Shown here: positions 14,654-23,573 of the stretch, piece after piece
Layout of the letters: the number at the start of each line of letters is the position of its first letter
How positions within the stretch are numbered: position 1 is the stretch's first letter
UHGV virus genome: UHGV-0213215
Source: a virus
Length of the DNA: 33,032 nt
Direction: 5' to 3' (one strand)
The notes under the pieces: generated by a model
What the model saw: the letters and a program-made list of their open reading frames with translations, nothing else
The model's database searches: none
What the model was told of the DNA's origin: nothing
Made by a program: the position numbers and the translations under genes

Positions 14654-15398
14654 AGTCTTCATCCCGTCTTACAAGAGGGCTGGGCGCGTAAAGACGCTGA
14701 GGGTTTTTCGCGGTGCCACTCTTGTTGTGGCTGAAAGCGAGGCCAGCGCATACGCCGCAGGCAACCAAGATGCTGACATCTGGGCTATTCCGGATGCCAT
14801 CCAGGGCAACATTGCGCGAGTGCGCAACTACATCCTTGACAACGCGGAAGCGGACGCAGTGTGCATGCTGGACGACGACATAACCCAGTTTGGGTTTTTC
14901 AAGGCACGCGGCGGGTTCGGATACGATCGAGTGAAGCTAAGCGGCGAGGAGTTCGAGAGATTCCTACTGCGAGGCACGGAGCTTTGCGACGACATGGGCT
15001 TGCATCTGTGGGGCGTAAACATCCAAGCGGCGAACAGGCTGTATCATCAGGCGGAGCCGTTCAGCATCGTGAAGCAGGTGCTAGGCCCTTTCTCTGTTCA
15101 CGTCATGTCTGACATCAGATACGACGAGAACATCCCGCTAAAAGAGGACTACGACCTGTTTCTGAGGCACATGCAGAGATGCGGGGGAGTCCTTAGGCTA
15201 AATGCGGCATGGTACGCAAACGCGGGTAGTTCTGGCGCAAAGGGCGGATGCGCGGCGCAAAGGGACATAGAGGCGGAAAAGCGGCAGTTCTTGGCTCTTC
15301 AAAGAAAATGGGGGTCAAGCGTCGTCAAGAACGACAGAACGTCAAAACGTGGATTTGACTTCAACCCCGTTTTGACGGTGCCGGTGAGGGGGGTTTGA
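14646..15398 (+). CDS. TET-associated / GREB1-like glycosyltransferase (GT-A fold), putative DNA modification enzyme
   Basis: IPSYKRA, RNYILD, MLDDDI (DxD), KEDYD, GGC, LQRKWG motifs; overlaps ParB-like gene; more AT-rich codon usage. Confidence 0.7.
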   Translation: MVKVFIPSYKRAGRVKTLRVFRGATLVVAESEASAYAAGNQDADIWAIPDAIQGNIARVRNYILDNAEADAVCMLDDDITQFGFFKARGGFGYDRVKLSGEEFERFLLRGTELCDDMGLHLWGVNIQAANRLYHQAEPFSIVKQVLGPFSVHVMSDIRYDENIPLKEDYDLFLRHMQRCGGVLRLNAAWYANAGSSGAKGGCAAQRDIEAEKRQFLALQRKWGSSVVKNDRTSKRGFDFNPVLTVPVRGV

Positions 15399-15790
15399 TG
15401 GCAGGCAACCGCAGCAAGCTTACGACCGAGTTCATCGCCGAGGCGTGCAAGCTCGCGCGAGCCGGCCTCCGCAACGTGGACATATGCAAAGCATTAGGCG
15501 TGTCCGAGACGGCCTTCTACCGCTGGCAGCAGGAGCCAAGACAGGGGCTCGAGGTTGAGCTGTGGGACTCCCTAGAAAAGGCGAGGGCCGAGCGCAAGGC
15601 CTTCATGATCCAGACCATCACGAAGGCGGCGCAGGCGGGCACGTGGCAGGCCGCAGCGTGGTGGCTCGAGCGCGTCTATCCCGAGGAGTTCGCCAAGCCC
15701 GACCGCTACCACGACCAGGGCGTCGACGAGGCTGTGAAGGCCGTGAGGGAGCTAACCGAGACCATCAGGGCCCAGGCTGAGATGGGATAG
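15398..15790 (+). CDS. terS: terminase small subunit (HTH type)
   Basis: SKLT.E.....G....IC..LGVSETAFYRW, WQAAAWWLER.YPEEF; directly upstream of terL. Confidence 0.75.
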   Translation: MAGNRSKLTTEFIAEACKLARAGLRNVDICKALGVSETAFYRWQQEPRQGLEVELWDSLEKARAERKAFMIQTITKAAQAGTWQAAAWWLERVYPEEFAKPDRYHDQGVDEAVKAVRELTETIRAQAEMG

Positions 15791-15791
15791 C

Positions 15792-15875
15792 ATGGTAGAG
15801 GACGTCTTGGGAGTCGTGCTGTTCGTCGTGGTGTGCGCGGCGGTCACGTTCGGCTTGTCGCAGTGGTGGCGCTGA
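15792..15875 (+). CDS. 27-aa single-TM peptide between terS and terL
   Basis: MVEDVLGVVLFVVVCAAVTFGLSQWWR*; TGATG overlap with terL start. Confidence 0.55.
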   Translation: MVEDVLGVVLFVVVCAAVTFGLSQWWR

Positions 15876-17059
15876 TGGAGCTGACCGAGAAACAGAACGA
15901 GTACGTCCGCGAGGCCCACTGCCGCTGGAACGTGGCAGAGGGCGCCGTGCGCTCTGGCAAGTCGTGGCTCGCTACGACGTACACCATCCCGGACCGCGTC
16001 ACGGCCATGGCGGGGTTGCCAGGTATCAACCTGATACTCGGGGTATCGCTGGGCAACATCGAGCGCAACGTCTTGACTCCGATGCGCGACAGGTTCGGCG
16101 ACGCCATGGTCGGGAGCATCAGGGGTGCCGAGAACACGGCCTCGCTCTTCGGCGAGAAGGTCTACTGTCTAGGGGCGGAGAAGCGATCGCAGGTGTCGAA
16201 GCTCAAGGGTTCCGAGGTGAAGTTCTGCTATTGCGACGAGCTGGCGGACATCAGCGAGGACGTCTTCGAGATGCTCAAGAGCCGCCTCAGCCTCCCGTAT
16301 AGCGAATGTCATGCGGCGTGCAACCCAGCGTCCCCGAGGCACTGGCTCAAGAGGTTCCTGGACACGCCGGGGCTGGACGTATACGACCAGCACTACTCAA
16401 TCGAGGACAATCCGCACCTGCCGCCCGAGTACGTCGAGGAGCTAAAGAAGGAGTACGAGGGGACCGTGTGGTACGACCGCTACGTCCTCGGCAGGTGGAC
16501 GCTTGCCGAGGGCCTCGTCTACCAGTTCCCGCGCGCCAGGCTCGAGGCCGACGAGGAGCTCAGGGACGGCGAGGTGTGCTGGTGCTCAGTCGACTACGGC
16601 ATCACAAACCCGTTCGCCGCGCTGCTGTGGGTGGTGAGGGACGGCGTGGCCTATGCCGTGGACGAGTGGGGCTTCGACTCGAGGCGCGAGGGACGCAGGC
16701 TCACCGACCAGGAGCTATACGACGGGCTGCGGTCGTTCCTGCGCGGGCGCAACGTGGAGTCCGTCATCGTCGACCCGTCCGCAACGAGCTTCCGCGAGCT
16801 GGTCGACCGCGAGGGCGAGTGGTGGTGCGTGCCCGCCAAGAACTCCGTGACCGACGGGATCCAGCTGGTCTCGCGCGCGATGGGAGCCGGGCAGCTCAAG
16901 GTGTCGCCGAGGTGCGCGGGGCTGTGGGCCGAGCTGGGCGCGTATCATTGGGACGCAAGGCGCCCCGACTGCGTCGTGAAGGAGACGGACCACTACTGCG
17001 ACTCGATGCGCTACTTCGTCTCGACGGTAGGGCGCGACATGATAGGCTGCCTCGTCTAA
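15875..17059 (+). CDS. terL: terminase large subunit (PBSX-like)
   Basis: Walker A EGAVRSGKS, Walker B YCDE, CNP..PRHWLK, nuclease VDYG..NP, VDPSA, DHYCDSMRY. Confidence 0.95.
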   Translation: MELTEKQNEYVREAHCRWNVAEGAVRSGKSWLATTYTIPDRVTAMAGLPGINLILGVSLGNIERNVLTPMRDRFGDAMVGSIRGAENTASLFGEKVYCLGAEKRSQVSKLKGSEVKFCYCDELADISEDVFEMLKSRLSLPYSECHAACNPASPRHWLKRFLDTPGLDVYDQHYSIEDNPHLPPEYVEELKKEYEGTVWYDRYVLGRWTLAEGLVYQFPRARLEADEELRDGEVCWCSVDYGITNPFAALLWVVRDGVAYAVDEWGFDSRREGRRLTDQELYDGLRSFLRGRNVESVIVDPSATSFRELVDREGEWWCVPAKNSVTDGIQLVSRAMGAGQLKVSPRCAGLWAELGAYHWDARRPDCVVKETDHYCDSMRYFVSTVGRDMIGCLV

Positions 17060-17068
17060 GGAGGACTC

Positions 17069-18448
17069 GTGAAGCTGTTCGATTCGGTGCTCGACGCCAT
17101 CGCCGCGAAGGTCGGCGAGAGGGTACAGGGGCGCACGTCGTCCCAGGCCTACAGGGACGCGGGACAGAAGGGCTCCGGCTTCTCGGTGGAGTCAATGGTG
17201 GCCGAGAGCCTCGCCAACCTCATCATGCTGGACTTCGACCTGCCGGTGAGCGGCCAGGGCGAGAGGGCCAAGGCGCTCGACGCGGCGGCGACGGCATTCC
17301 TCCCGTCGCTGCGCTCGCTCATGGTGCAGGGCTTCCTCACGGGGGACGCGCTGGCGGTGCCGAGCTGGGACGGCAAGGGCATGAGGACGGCCATCGTCCC
17401 CGCGCAGTCGTTCGCGATCCTAGGCATGGAGGGCAACGGCATCACCTCGGCCGCCTACGTCGTCGACGAGAAGCAGATGAGGAACGGGAGCCGCTACTCG
17501 CTCGTCCGAGTCATCGACCTGGAGCCGTACGCGGCGGTCGACGGGACGCGCGGCACGGCGTGCCGGTACCGGACGTTCGTGGCCAAGGACGGCGCCATGA
17601 CCGACATCCCGCTGTCCAGGTTCCCGGACTGGGCGGAGGGCAACGAGGAGGAGTGGCACGTCCCGAACACGAGCGGGACGCTGCTGGCCCGCTTCCGCTG
17701 TCCCGTCATAGACCCGAACGAGCCGAACGCGCAGAAGGGCGCGCCCCTGTGCTTCGGAGCGTCAGACCCCATCCGCGAGATTCACTACCTTACCGAGCAG
17801 ATGCACTCGGAGTTCGGCCTCAGCGAGAAGGCCGTATTCGCGGACCGGAGGCTTTTCAGGCGCGACGCGCTCAAGGACGCGAGCGGCACCACGACGGGCT
17901 ACCGCGTGCACCTTCCCGAGGGCCGCGAGAAGCTCTTCGCCACGGTGCAGGGTCAGGACGCCCCGAGCATCACGGAGTGGGCGCCGACCATCCAGCTCCA
18001 GCCGTACCTCGACGCCTTGGACTATCAGCTCAAGCGCGTCGAGAAGTGCTGCGGCCTGTCCACTGGCGTCGTCAGCAACCCCGAGTCGGAGACGTACGTC
18101 AACGTCGACAACGTCCGCAAGAGCACTATACAGACGCAAAGCATGGTCTCGAGCTGCCGGGCCGTGGCGAACCAGACCGTCGCCGACATGGTGAGGAGCT
18201 GGGACGTGCTGCTCAACTACTACGGCGTGACCGACCCCGGCCCGTTCGAGTACCAGTGCAAGTGGTCCGACTCTTACATCAACACGTTCTCCGACCAGCA
18301 GAACGCCATCCTCGCGGGGCAGGCCATCGGCGCAACTGACGCCTACGACTACCGCCGGTTCGTGCTGGGCGAGGCCCCCGAGGTGGCGAGGGCGCGCGTC
18401 GACGAGATCAAGTCTGGCAGGGCCGACGCGTTCGAGGCGTTGCAGTGA
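17069..18448 (+). CDS. portal protein (A118/SPP1-like)
   Basis: 459 aa directly after terL; AAGGAGG RBS; VEKCCGLSTG pattern; position. Confidence 0.8.
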   Translation: MKLFDSVLDAIAAKVGERVQGRTSSQAYRDAGQKGSGFSVESMVAESLANLIMLDFDLPVSGQGERAKALDAAATAFLPSLRSLMVQGFLTGDALAVPSWDGKGMRTAIVPAQSFAILGMEGNGITSAAYVVDEKQMRNGSRYSLVRVIDLEPYAAVDGTRGTACRYRTFVAKDGAMTDIPLSRFPDWAEGNEEEWHVPNTSGTLLARFRCPVIDPNEPNAQKGAPLCFGASDPIREIHYLTEQMHSEFGLSEKAVFADRRLFRRDALKDASGTTTGYRVHLPEGREKLFATVQGQDAPSITEWAPTIQLQPYLDALDYQLKRVEKCCGLSTGVVSNPESETYVNVDNVRKSTIQTQSMVSSCRAVANQTVADMVRSWDVLLNYYGVTDPGPFEYQCKWSDSYINTFSDQQNAILAGQAIGATDAYDYRRFVLGEAPEVARARVDEIKSGRADAFEALQ

Positions 18449-19599
18449 GCCCACTGGACGACGGCACCGCCGAGCGCCTGGTGCGGGAGCACATGGAGGC
18501 CATCGGCGAGGCCGTGAGCAACAAGGTCCTGTGCGTCATCGCCAGGCGCCTCGGCGTGGTGCCGCAGAACGCGGGCATGGCCGACGTCTACAGGTGGCTC
18601 GCCCAGGACCTGGGGCGCATAGATGAGCTCTTCATGGAGGGCGCGGACGCCATCGGCAGGCAGGGCGGCAGGGAGCTCGAGGCGCTGGCCGACGAGGTGG
18701 ACAGGTGGGCGGCGCCGTACTACGAGGCCAGGGGCGTCAGGCAGGCCGTCCACGACGACAACGTCTACATGCAGCACATCCTCCGCCAGTCGTTCGAGGC
18801 GCTCGACCACGACGTCGCCAACATGTGCAGGACTTCGGCGGCGCTCATCGTCGCGCCGGACGGCAGGTACCTGCCGCTGAGGCAGGCCTATGCCGACTGG
18901 GCTACGCGGGCGGTAATCGACATGATGGGCGGCAAGTCCCGCGACGCGGTGGTGGCCAAGGCCGTCGAGGCGCTGAGCGGGTCAGGGCTCCGGGTGAGGT
19001 ACGCGAGCGGAGCCACCCGGGACCTCTACTCGGCCGTCTCGATGAACGTCAGCGACGGGTTCGCCGCGACCATGGACAGCCTCAGGGACAGGGCTGCGGT
19101 CGAGTTCGGCGCGGACGGCGTGGCAGTGTCCGCCCATGCCATGTGCGCGCCCGACCACCAGCGCGTACAGGGGAGGCGCTTCACGTTCGCCGAGTTCGAC
19201 GAGCTGCAAGCCACCATGAAGAGGCCAATCGGAAGATGCAACTGCCGGCACCACGTCACGAAGATCGTGATGGGCGTCGGCGGCGGCGCGTATGACGCCG
19301 ACGACAGGCGGCAGCTCATCGAGGCGTCGAACCGCGAGGTCAGGTTCAGGGACGGCGGCCGAGAGCGCAGCATGACGGCCTATGAGTTCACGCAGCGCCA
19401 ACGCCAGATGGAGACCCGCTGCCGCAAGCTCAGGGGCGCGGCGCAGGTGGCCGACGCGGGAGGCCAGCGGGAGCTCGCCGAGAGGCTGAGGGGGAGGGCC
19501 TCGGACGTCGCCGACGCCTACCGAAGGCAGTCCCGCGAGGCTGGCGTCGGAACGCGCGAGGAGCGCCTCCAGGTCTACGACTGGAGCGTCATCAGCTAG
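18445..19599 (+). CDS. minor capsid / head morphogenesis protein (A118 gp4-like)
   Basis: VSAH..CAPDH..VQGR.F, NCRH, YEFTQRQRQME..CRK motifs; follows portal. Confidence 0.85.
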   Translation: MSPLDDGTAERLVREHMEAIGEAVSNKVLCVIARRLGVVPQNAGMADVYRWLAQDLGRIDELFMEGADAIGRQGGRELEALADEVDRWAAPYYEARGVRQAVHDDNVYMQHILRQSFEALDHDVANMCRTSAALIVAPDGRYLPLRQAYADWATRAVIDMMGGKSRDAVVAKAVEALSGSGLRVRYASGATRDLYSAVSMNVSDGFAATMDSLRDRAAVEFGADGVAVSAHAMCAPDHQRVQGRRFTFAEFDELQATMKRPIGRCNCRHHVTKIVMGVGGGAYDADDRRQLIEASNREVRFRDGGRERSMTAYEFTQRQRQMETRCRKLRGAAQVADAGGQRELAERLRGRASDVADAYRRQSREAGVGTREERLQVYDWSVIS

Positions 19600-19603
19600 C
19601 CGC

Positions 19604-19684
19604 TATACTGGCATCGGGAGCCGCCGACCTACCGGCGGACGAGGGCAACGGGGACAGCTCGCCCCACAAATGAGCTTGAGCCCG
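19604..19684 (+). promoter_or_regulatory. putative late promoter (-10 TATACT) and structured leader of the scaffold/capsid operon
   Basis: TATACT 19604-19609; hairpin CCGCCG/CGGCGG; possible H-type pseudoknot 19650-19676. Confidence 0.5.
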
Positions 19685-19706
19685 CGAGAGACAGAAGGAG
19701 AACGAC

Positions 19707-20318
19707 ATGCAGGACATCGACAGCATTCTCGAGGCCGCAGGCATCACGGGAGACGCGGCGGAGGCCGTGCGCAATGGCGTGGCGGAGAACTACCGCACAA
19801 TCGCCGAGGTGCAGGAGAAGGCCGCGAAGATCCAGCAGCTCAAGGAGGCCGCGCAGCAGACGGCCGACGAGCTCTCGAAGCTCAAGGAGCTTGACGGCAC
19901 CAACGCCGAGGCGGTCGAGGCCGCGAAGGCCCGCATCGCCGAGCTCGAGGCCGCGGCCAAGGAGCGCGAGGCCAAGGACGCGGAGGCGGCCAAGGCGGAG
20001 CAGTTCGAAGCCGACTTCTCGAAGGCCACCGAGGGAAAGCAGTTCGCTGGCCCACTGGTCCGCGAGGCGGTGGCGTCGAAGGCGCGAGCCCTCGTCGACG
20101 CCAACCCCGACATGACCGTCGAGGACGCCATCGAGCGCGCCGTCGGTGACGGCGAGGGCGTCTGGCGCAACGCCCAGCGCGACCCGCACAAGATGCCAGC
20201 CGGCGTCGGCGGCGGCGTTCCCACTGTGAACAGCCTCGAGGAGCTCAAGTCGATGAGCGCCGACGACATCAACAAGAACTGGGACGCCATCAAGGCGCTT
20301 CTCGGCTCGCAGAAGTAA
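19707..20318 (+). CDS. capsid scaffolding protein
   Basis: Acidic, Ala/Glu/Lys coiled coil, directly before major capsid; AAGGAG RBS. Confidence 0.8.
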   Translation: MQDIDSILEAAGITGDAAEAVRNGVAENYRTIAEVQEKAAKIQQLKEAAQQTADELSKLKELDGTNAEAVEAAKARIAELEAAAKEREAKDAEAAKAEQFEADFSKATEGKQFAGPLVREAVASKARALVDANPDMTVEDAIERAVGDGEGVWRNAQRDPHKMPAGVGGGVPTVNSLEELKSMSADDINKNWDAIKALLGSQK

Positions 20319-20327
20319 GGAGTCATC

Positions 20328-21185
20328 TTGGCCACTTCGAAGTTCATCCCGCAGATCTGGTCCGCCCGCATCCTCGAGCACCTCGACAAGGCGCTCGTCT
20401 ACGGCGACCTGTTCAACCGCGACTACGAGGGCGACATCTCCAACGTAGGAGACACCGTGCACATCGGCATGGTCACGGCACCCACCATCAAGTCGTACAC
20501 CAAGGGCCAGGCCATCGCCGCGCCCGACGCCGTGACCGCCGAGGACCAGTCCATGGTCATCGACCAAGCCGACTACTTCAACATCGGCATCGACGACGTG
20601 GACAAGGTGCAGTCCGCCGTGGACCTGCTCGACGGCGCGACCTCCGAGGCCGGCAAGGGCTTCGCCCAGAAGACCGACAAGTACCTCGGCGGCCTGCTCG
20701 CATCCAAGGGCAAGGCCATCAACGAGAAGACGGCCATCGTCACCGTCACCAAGGACAACGCCTACCAGACGCTGCTCCAGATGAAGACCGCACTCGACAA
20801 GGCCGACTGCCCGCAGGACGGCCGCATCGTCGTCGTGCCGCCCGAGTTCGAGCAGTTCATGCTCCTCGACTCCCGCTTCGTGCAGGTCGGCACGGACGCC
20901 TCCAACGAGCGCCTCGAGGCCGGCACCGTCTACAAGGCCGCAGGCTTCGTCGTCAAGGTCTCGAACAACTGCCCGACCGGCGCCGACGGCGGCTCCGGCA
21001 AGAGCGACGCGTATACCGACATCGTGGCCACCACGCCCGTCGCCGCCACGTTCGCCGAGCAGATCCTCAAGACCGAGGCGTTCCGACCCGCCGACCACTT
21101 CATGGACGCCGTCAAGGGCCTTCACGTGTACGGCGCCGCCGTCACGCGCCCCGAGGTCGTGTCCGTCGCCCACGTGGCTTTTTAA
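20328..21185 (+). CDS. major capsid protein (HK97 fold)
   Basis: FIPQIWSARIL, NRDYEGDI..GDTVHI, IDQADYF...DDVD, DAVKGLHVYGA..RPE motifs; strong codon bias. Confidence 0.92.
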   Translation: MATSKFIPQIWSARILEHLDKALVYGDLFNRDYEGDISNVGDTVHIGMVTAPTIKSYTKGQAIAAPDAVTAEDQSMVIDQADYFNIGIDDVDKVQSAVDLLDGATSEAGKGFAQKTDKYLGGLLASKGKAINEKTAIVTVTKDNAYQTLLQMKTALDKADCPQDGRIVVVPPEFEQFMLLDSRFVQVGTDASNERLEAGTVYKAAGFVVKVSNNCPTGADGGSGKSDAYTDIVATTPVAATFAEQILKTEAFRPADHFMDAVKGLHVYGAAVTRPEVVSVAHVAF

Positions 21186-21210
21186 CCGGGTCGGCGCAGA
21201 CCGCTAAGAC

Positions 21211-21296
21211 GCAGCGCTCGCGAGCCCGTCGCAGGGCCGCGAGCGCGTAACGACGGGAGCGGCGGCCAGCCCATGGAGGCGCTGGCTGCCGCTTCG
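21211..21296 (+). terminator. two strong hairpins after the capsid gene (possible terminator or mRNA stabiliser)
   Basis: GCGCTCGCG..CGCGAGCGC and AGCGGCGGCCAGC..GCTGGCTGCCGCT; no clear U tract. Confidence 0.4.
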
Positions 21297-21310
21297 TGGA
21301 GGGATGAGGC

Positions 21311-21703
21311 ATGTACCTGACTTTCGAGCGCTACAAGGCCATGGGCGGCAGCATGGACGAGGCGTCCTTCGGGGCCGCCGAGCCGTACGCCGAGACGATG
21401 CTCGACCTCATCACGCTTCGCCGCCTCCGCTGCCCCGAGGCCGACCACGGAGACCCCGCGGACGTCGAGCGCGCCATGTACGTTCTCGTCGAGGGCGCGG
21501 GGCAGGTCGAGGCGACATACAAGGCCAAGGCGAGCGGCGCCGAGGTGTCGTCGTTCAACAACGGCGTCGACTCGTTCACGTTCGCGAGCGACGGCGGGCA
21601 GGGCAACGCGGCGCTCCGGGCGCTGACCGAGCATGCGGCGCAGTTCCTGCCGCTCGAGCTCGTGTCGCTCGGCGCCACGTACAACCACGCATTGGAGGCC
21701 TAG
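21311..21703 (+). CDS. head-tail connector (adaptor) protein
   Basis: MYLTFERY..MGG.....F....AE..LD..T..R, VSSFNNG..S.TF; position after capsid. Confidence 0.75.
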   Translation: MYLTFERYKAMGGSMDEASFGAAEPYAETMLDLITLRRLRCPEADHGDPADVERAMYVLVEGAGQVEATYKAKASGAEVSSFNNGVDSFTFASDGGQGNAALRALTEHAAQFLPLELVSLGATYNHALEA

Positions 21704-21704
21704 G

Positions 21705-22235
21705 GTGGTCATCGACCTTGACGCTGCGCTGCTCGAGCCCGTCCTCGTCTTCACCCGTCGCCCCGCCGAGCTGACGGGGGCGAGGGCCGACGCCTTCTCC
21801 GTCTGGGCCGGCATGGGGTGCTGGCGCGAGATGCCGAGCCGCAGCGTCGACAATGCGGGCGGTGAGACGCTGGGAGCCTCGCTGAGACTCCAGATACCCG
21901 ATGCCGGGGAGTTCGCCCCGCTGGCCGACTACCTGGCCGGGGAGGGGCTGTGGAGCCTCTCGAGGGGCGACTACGTGGCACGCGGCAAGTACGACGAGGC
22001 CGCGCAGGCGCTCAGGCTGGCCGACGGCTTCGTGATGCCGTACGCCGTCACCGACGGGTTCGCCATCAACGCCGTGGCCAAGAGGGTGGACGCCACCATC
22101 GACGCCGACACCGTCCTTAGGGTCATGCGCCGCCACGGCGGCAAGGCCGTTAGGGCCTGGATGGACTGCCGAAGGCCCGCCAGCGCGCCGGGCGCCGCGG
22201 GCAGGTTCGTCTCGATGCTCCACGTCGAGGCCTAG
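21705..22235 (+). CDS. putative head closure / neck protein
   Basis: GGAGG RBS then GTG; WSLSRGDYVARG and terminal H.E motif; position. Confidence 0.55.
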   Translation: MVIDLDAALLEPVLVFTRRPAELTGARADAFSVWAGMGCWREMPSRSVDNAGGETLGASLRLQIPDAGEFAPLADYLAGEGLWSLSRGDYVARGKYDEAAQALRLADGFVMPYAVTDGFAINAVAKRVDATIDADTVLRVMRRHGGKAVRAWMDCRRPASAPGAAGRFVSMLHVEA

Positions 22236-22237
22236 CC

Positions 22238-22567
22238 ATGCCAGCCGTCACGGTCAAGGTTGACTGCAAGGACATACTCGGCACGCTTCACGGCGAGCGC
22301 CTGGGGCAGTTCGTGGCGTCGCGCGCGGCCGAGTACATGGACCCGTACGTCCCGTTCCGCACGGGAGACCTGAGCCGCTCGGCAGTGGCCAAGCCGTGGA
22401 TGGTGTCATACGTCATGGGCTACGCCGCCAAGGTCTACAACGGCTCCGGGCTCACGTTCAGCACCGACCACCACCCGCTGGCGACCGACCATTGGGACGC
22501 CGCCATGGCATCCGCGCGCGGCGGCGAGCTGGCCGACGACGTCAGCGCCTACCTGGAGAGGGGGTGA
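22238..22567 (+). CDS. minor capsid / tail completion protein (A118 minor capsid 2-like)
   Basis: MDPYVPFRTGDL, YAAKVY.G, HPLATDHW motifs. Confidence 0.75.
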   Translation: MPAVTVKVDCKDILGTLHGERLGQFVASRAAEYMDPYVPFRTGDLSRSAVAKPWMVSYVMGYAAKVYNGSGLTFSTDHHPLATDHWDAAMASARGGELADDVSAYLERG

Positions 22568-22571
22568 GTGG

Positions 22572-22973
22572 ATGAACTCACAGAGACTGATGGAGTGGCT
22601 GGCCGAGGCGCCCGAGTCGGCGCCGAAGCTCTCCGCCATGCCCGAGGGCGAGGGGGAGCGCGGCGTCCAGATCGAGACGTCCGACTACGTCGTGACACGC
22701 TACATCAACGGCAAGGCGCTTCACCGTCTGCGCATCGTGCTCCAGTACGTCGCTGACTGGAGCGGCGGGACCGACGGCGTCAACCAGCGCTCGGCCGCCA
22801 TCGGCGAGAGGTGGCAGCGCTGGGTGTCGAGGCAGTGGCCCGGCAACCCTCCCGACATCGGGACCGTGGTGAGGCTGGAGCCCGTCAACGACGCGCCGAC
22901 CATCGCGATGGTCTACCAGGACGAGGGGCTGGCGCGGTACCAGTTCGCCGTCGAAATCGACTACAGAGACTAA
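22572..22973 (+). CDS. putative tail terminator protein
   Basis: YING, W..WV..Q, ARYQF...IDY; directly before major tail gene. Confidence 0.65.
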   Translation: MNSQRLMEWLAEAPESAPKLSAMPEGEGERGVQIETSDYVVTRYINGKALHRLRIVLQYVADWSGGTDGVNQRSAAIGERWQRWVSRQWPGNPPDIGTVVRLEPVNDAPTIAMVYQDEGLARYQFAVEIDYRD

Positions 22974-22982
22974 GGAGCCATC

Positions 22983-23501
22983 ATGGCACAGCTTACGCGA
23001 GACCTGTACGTCCCGCTCATCGACACCACCAAGGGCAGCGGCACGCCCAAGTGGGTCCCCGTCGACTTCTCGACCCAGTTCGAGCTGAGCTACAACCCGA
23101 ACACCGAGACAAAGTCGTACATCTGCTACAAGGCCGACTACACGGTCGTGACCTCGTATGCCCCAGAGCTTCCGCAGGAAATCGTGCTCGACAACAAGAA
23201 CCCCCTCTACGCGTTCATGGACGAGTTCCTCAACTCGTTCCCCGTTGGCGCGGCCGCCGAGATCCCCTTCCTGTTCGTCCGCCCCGACCTCACCACGGGC
23301 GCGGCCACCAAGGGCCTCATGTGGGAGCATGCCGTCGTGACGGGCGACACGCTCAACACCGTGGATGGCGTGCTCTCGTTCAAGATTGCCCTGAACGGCG
23401 ACCCCGTCGAGGGCACCGTCTCCGGCCTGGGCACCGAGACGGTGAGGTTCACGCCCGCCTCCGGGCGGGCCGCCAGCGCCACCGACGCCGTAAGCGCCTA
23501 G
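22983..23501 (+). CDS. major tail protein
   Basis: ELSYNPNTETKSYI, LSFKI..NGDP..GT, followed by terminator; strong codon bias. Confidence 0.8.
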   Translation: MAQLTRDLYVPLIDTTKGSGTPKWVPVDFSTQFELSYNPNTETKSYICYKADYTVVTSYAPELPQEIVLDNKNPLYAFMDEFLNSFPVGAAAEIPFLFVRPDLTTGAATKGLMWEHAVVTGDTLNTVDGVLSFKIALNGDPVEGTVSGLGTETVRFTPASGRAASATDAVSA

Positions 23502-23523
23502 GGCGGTCTACAATCTAGCCGGC

Positions 23524-23554
23524 AGGGGCTACGGCCATCGCCGTAGCCCTTTTT
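23524..23554 (+). terminator. intrinsic terminator after major tail gene
   Basis: GGGCTACGG-CCATCG-CCGTAGCCC followed by TTTTT. Confidence 0.75.
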
Positions 23555-23573
23555 CCTACGAGAGGAGAAACCG

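Noticed and set aside
16306..18339. 677-aa alternative-frame ORF over terL/portal
   Set aside because: Arg/Gly/Pro-rich shadow frame typical of high-GC DNA, fully overlapping well-supported genes
21174..21250. Programmed frameshift extending the major capsid at GCT TTT TAA
   Set aside because: No canonical X XXY YYZ heptamer; the +1 and -1 frames add only about 7 and 22 residues with no recognisable domain
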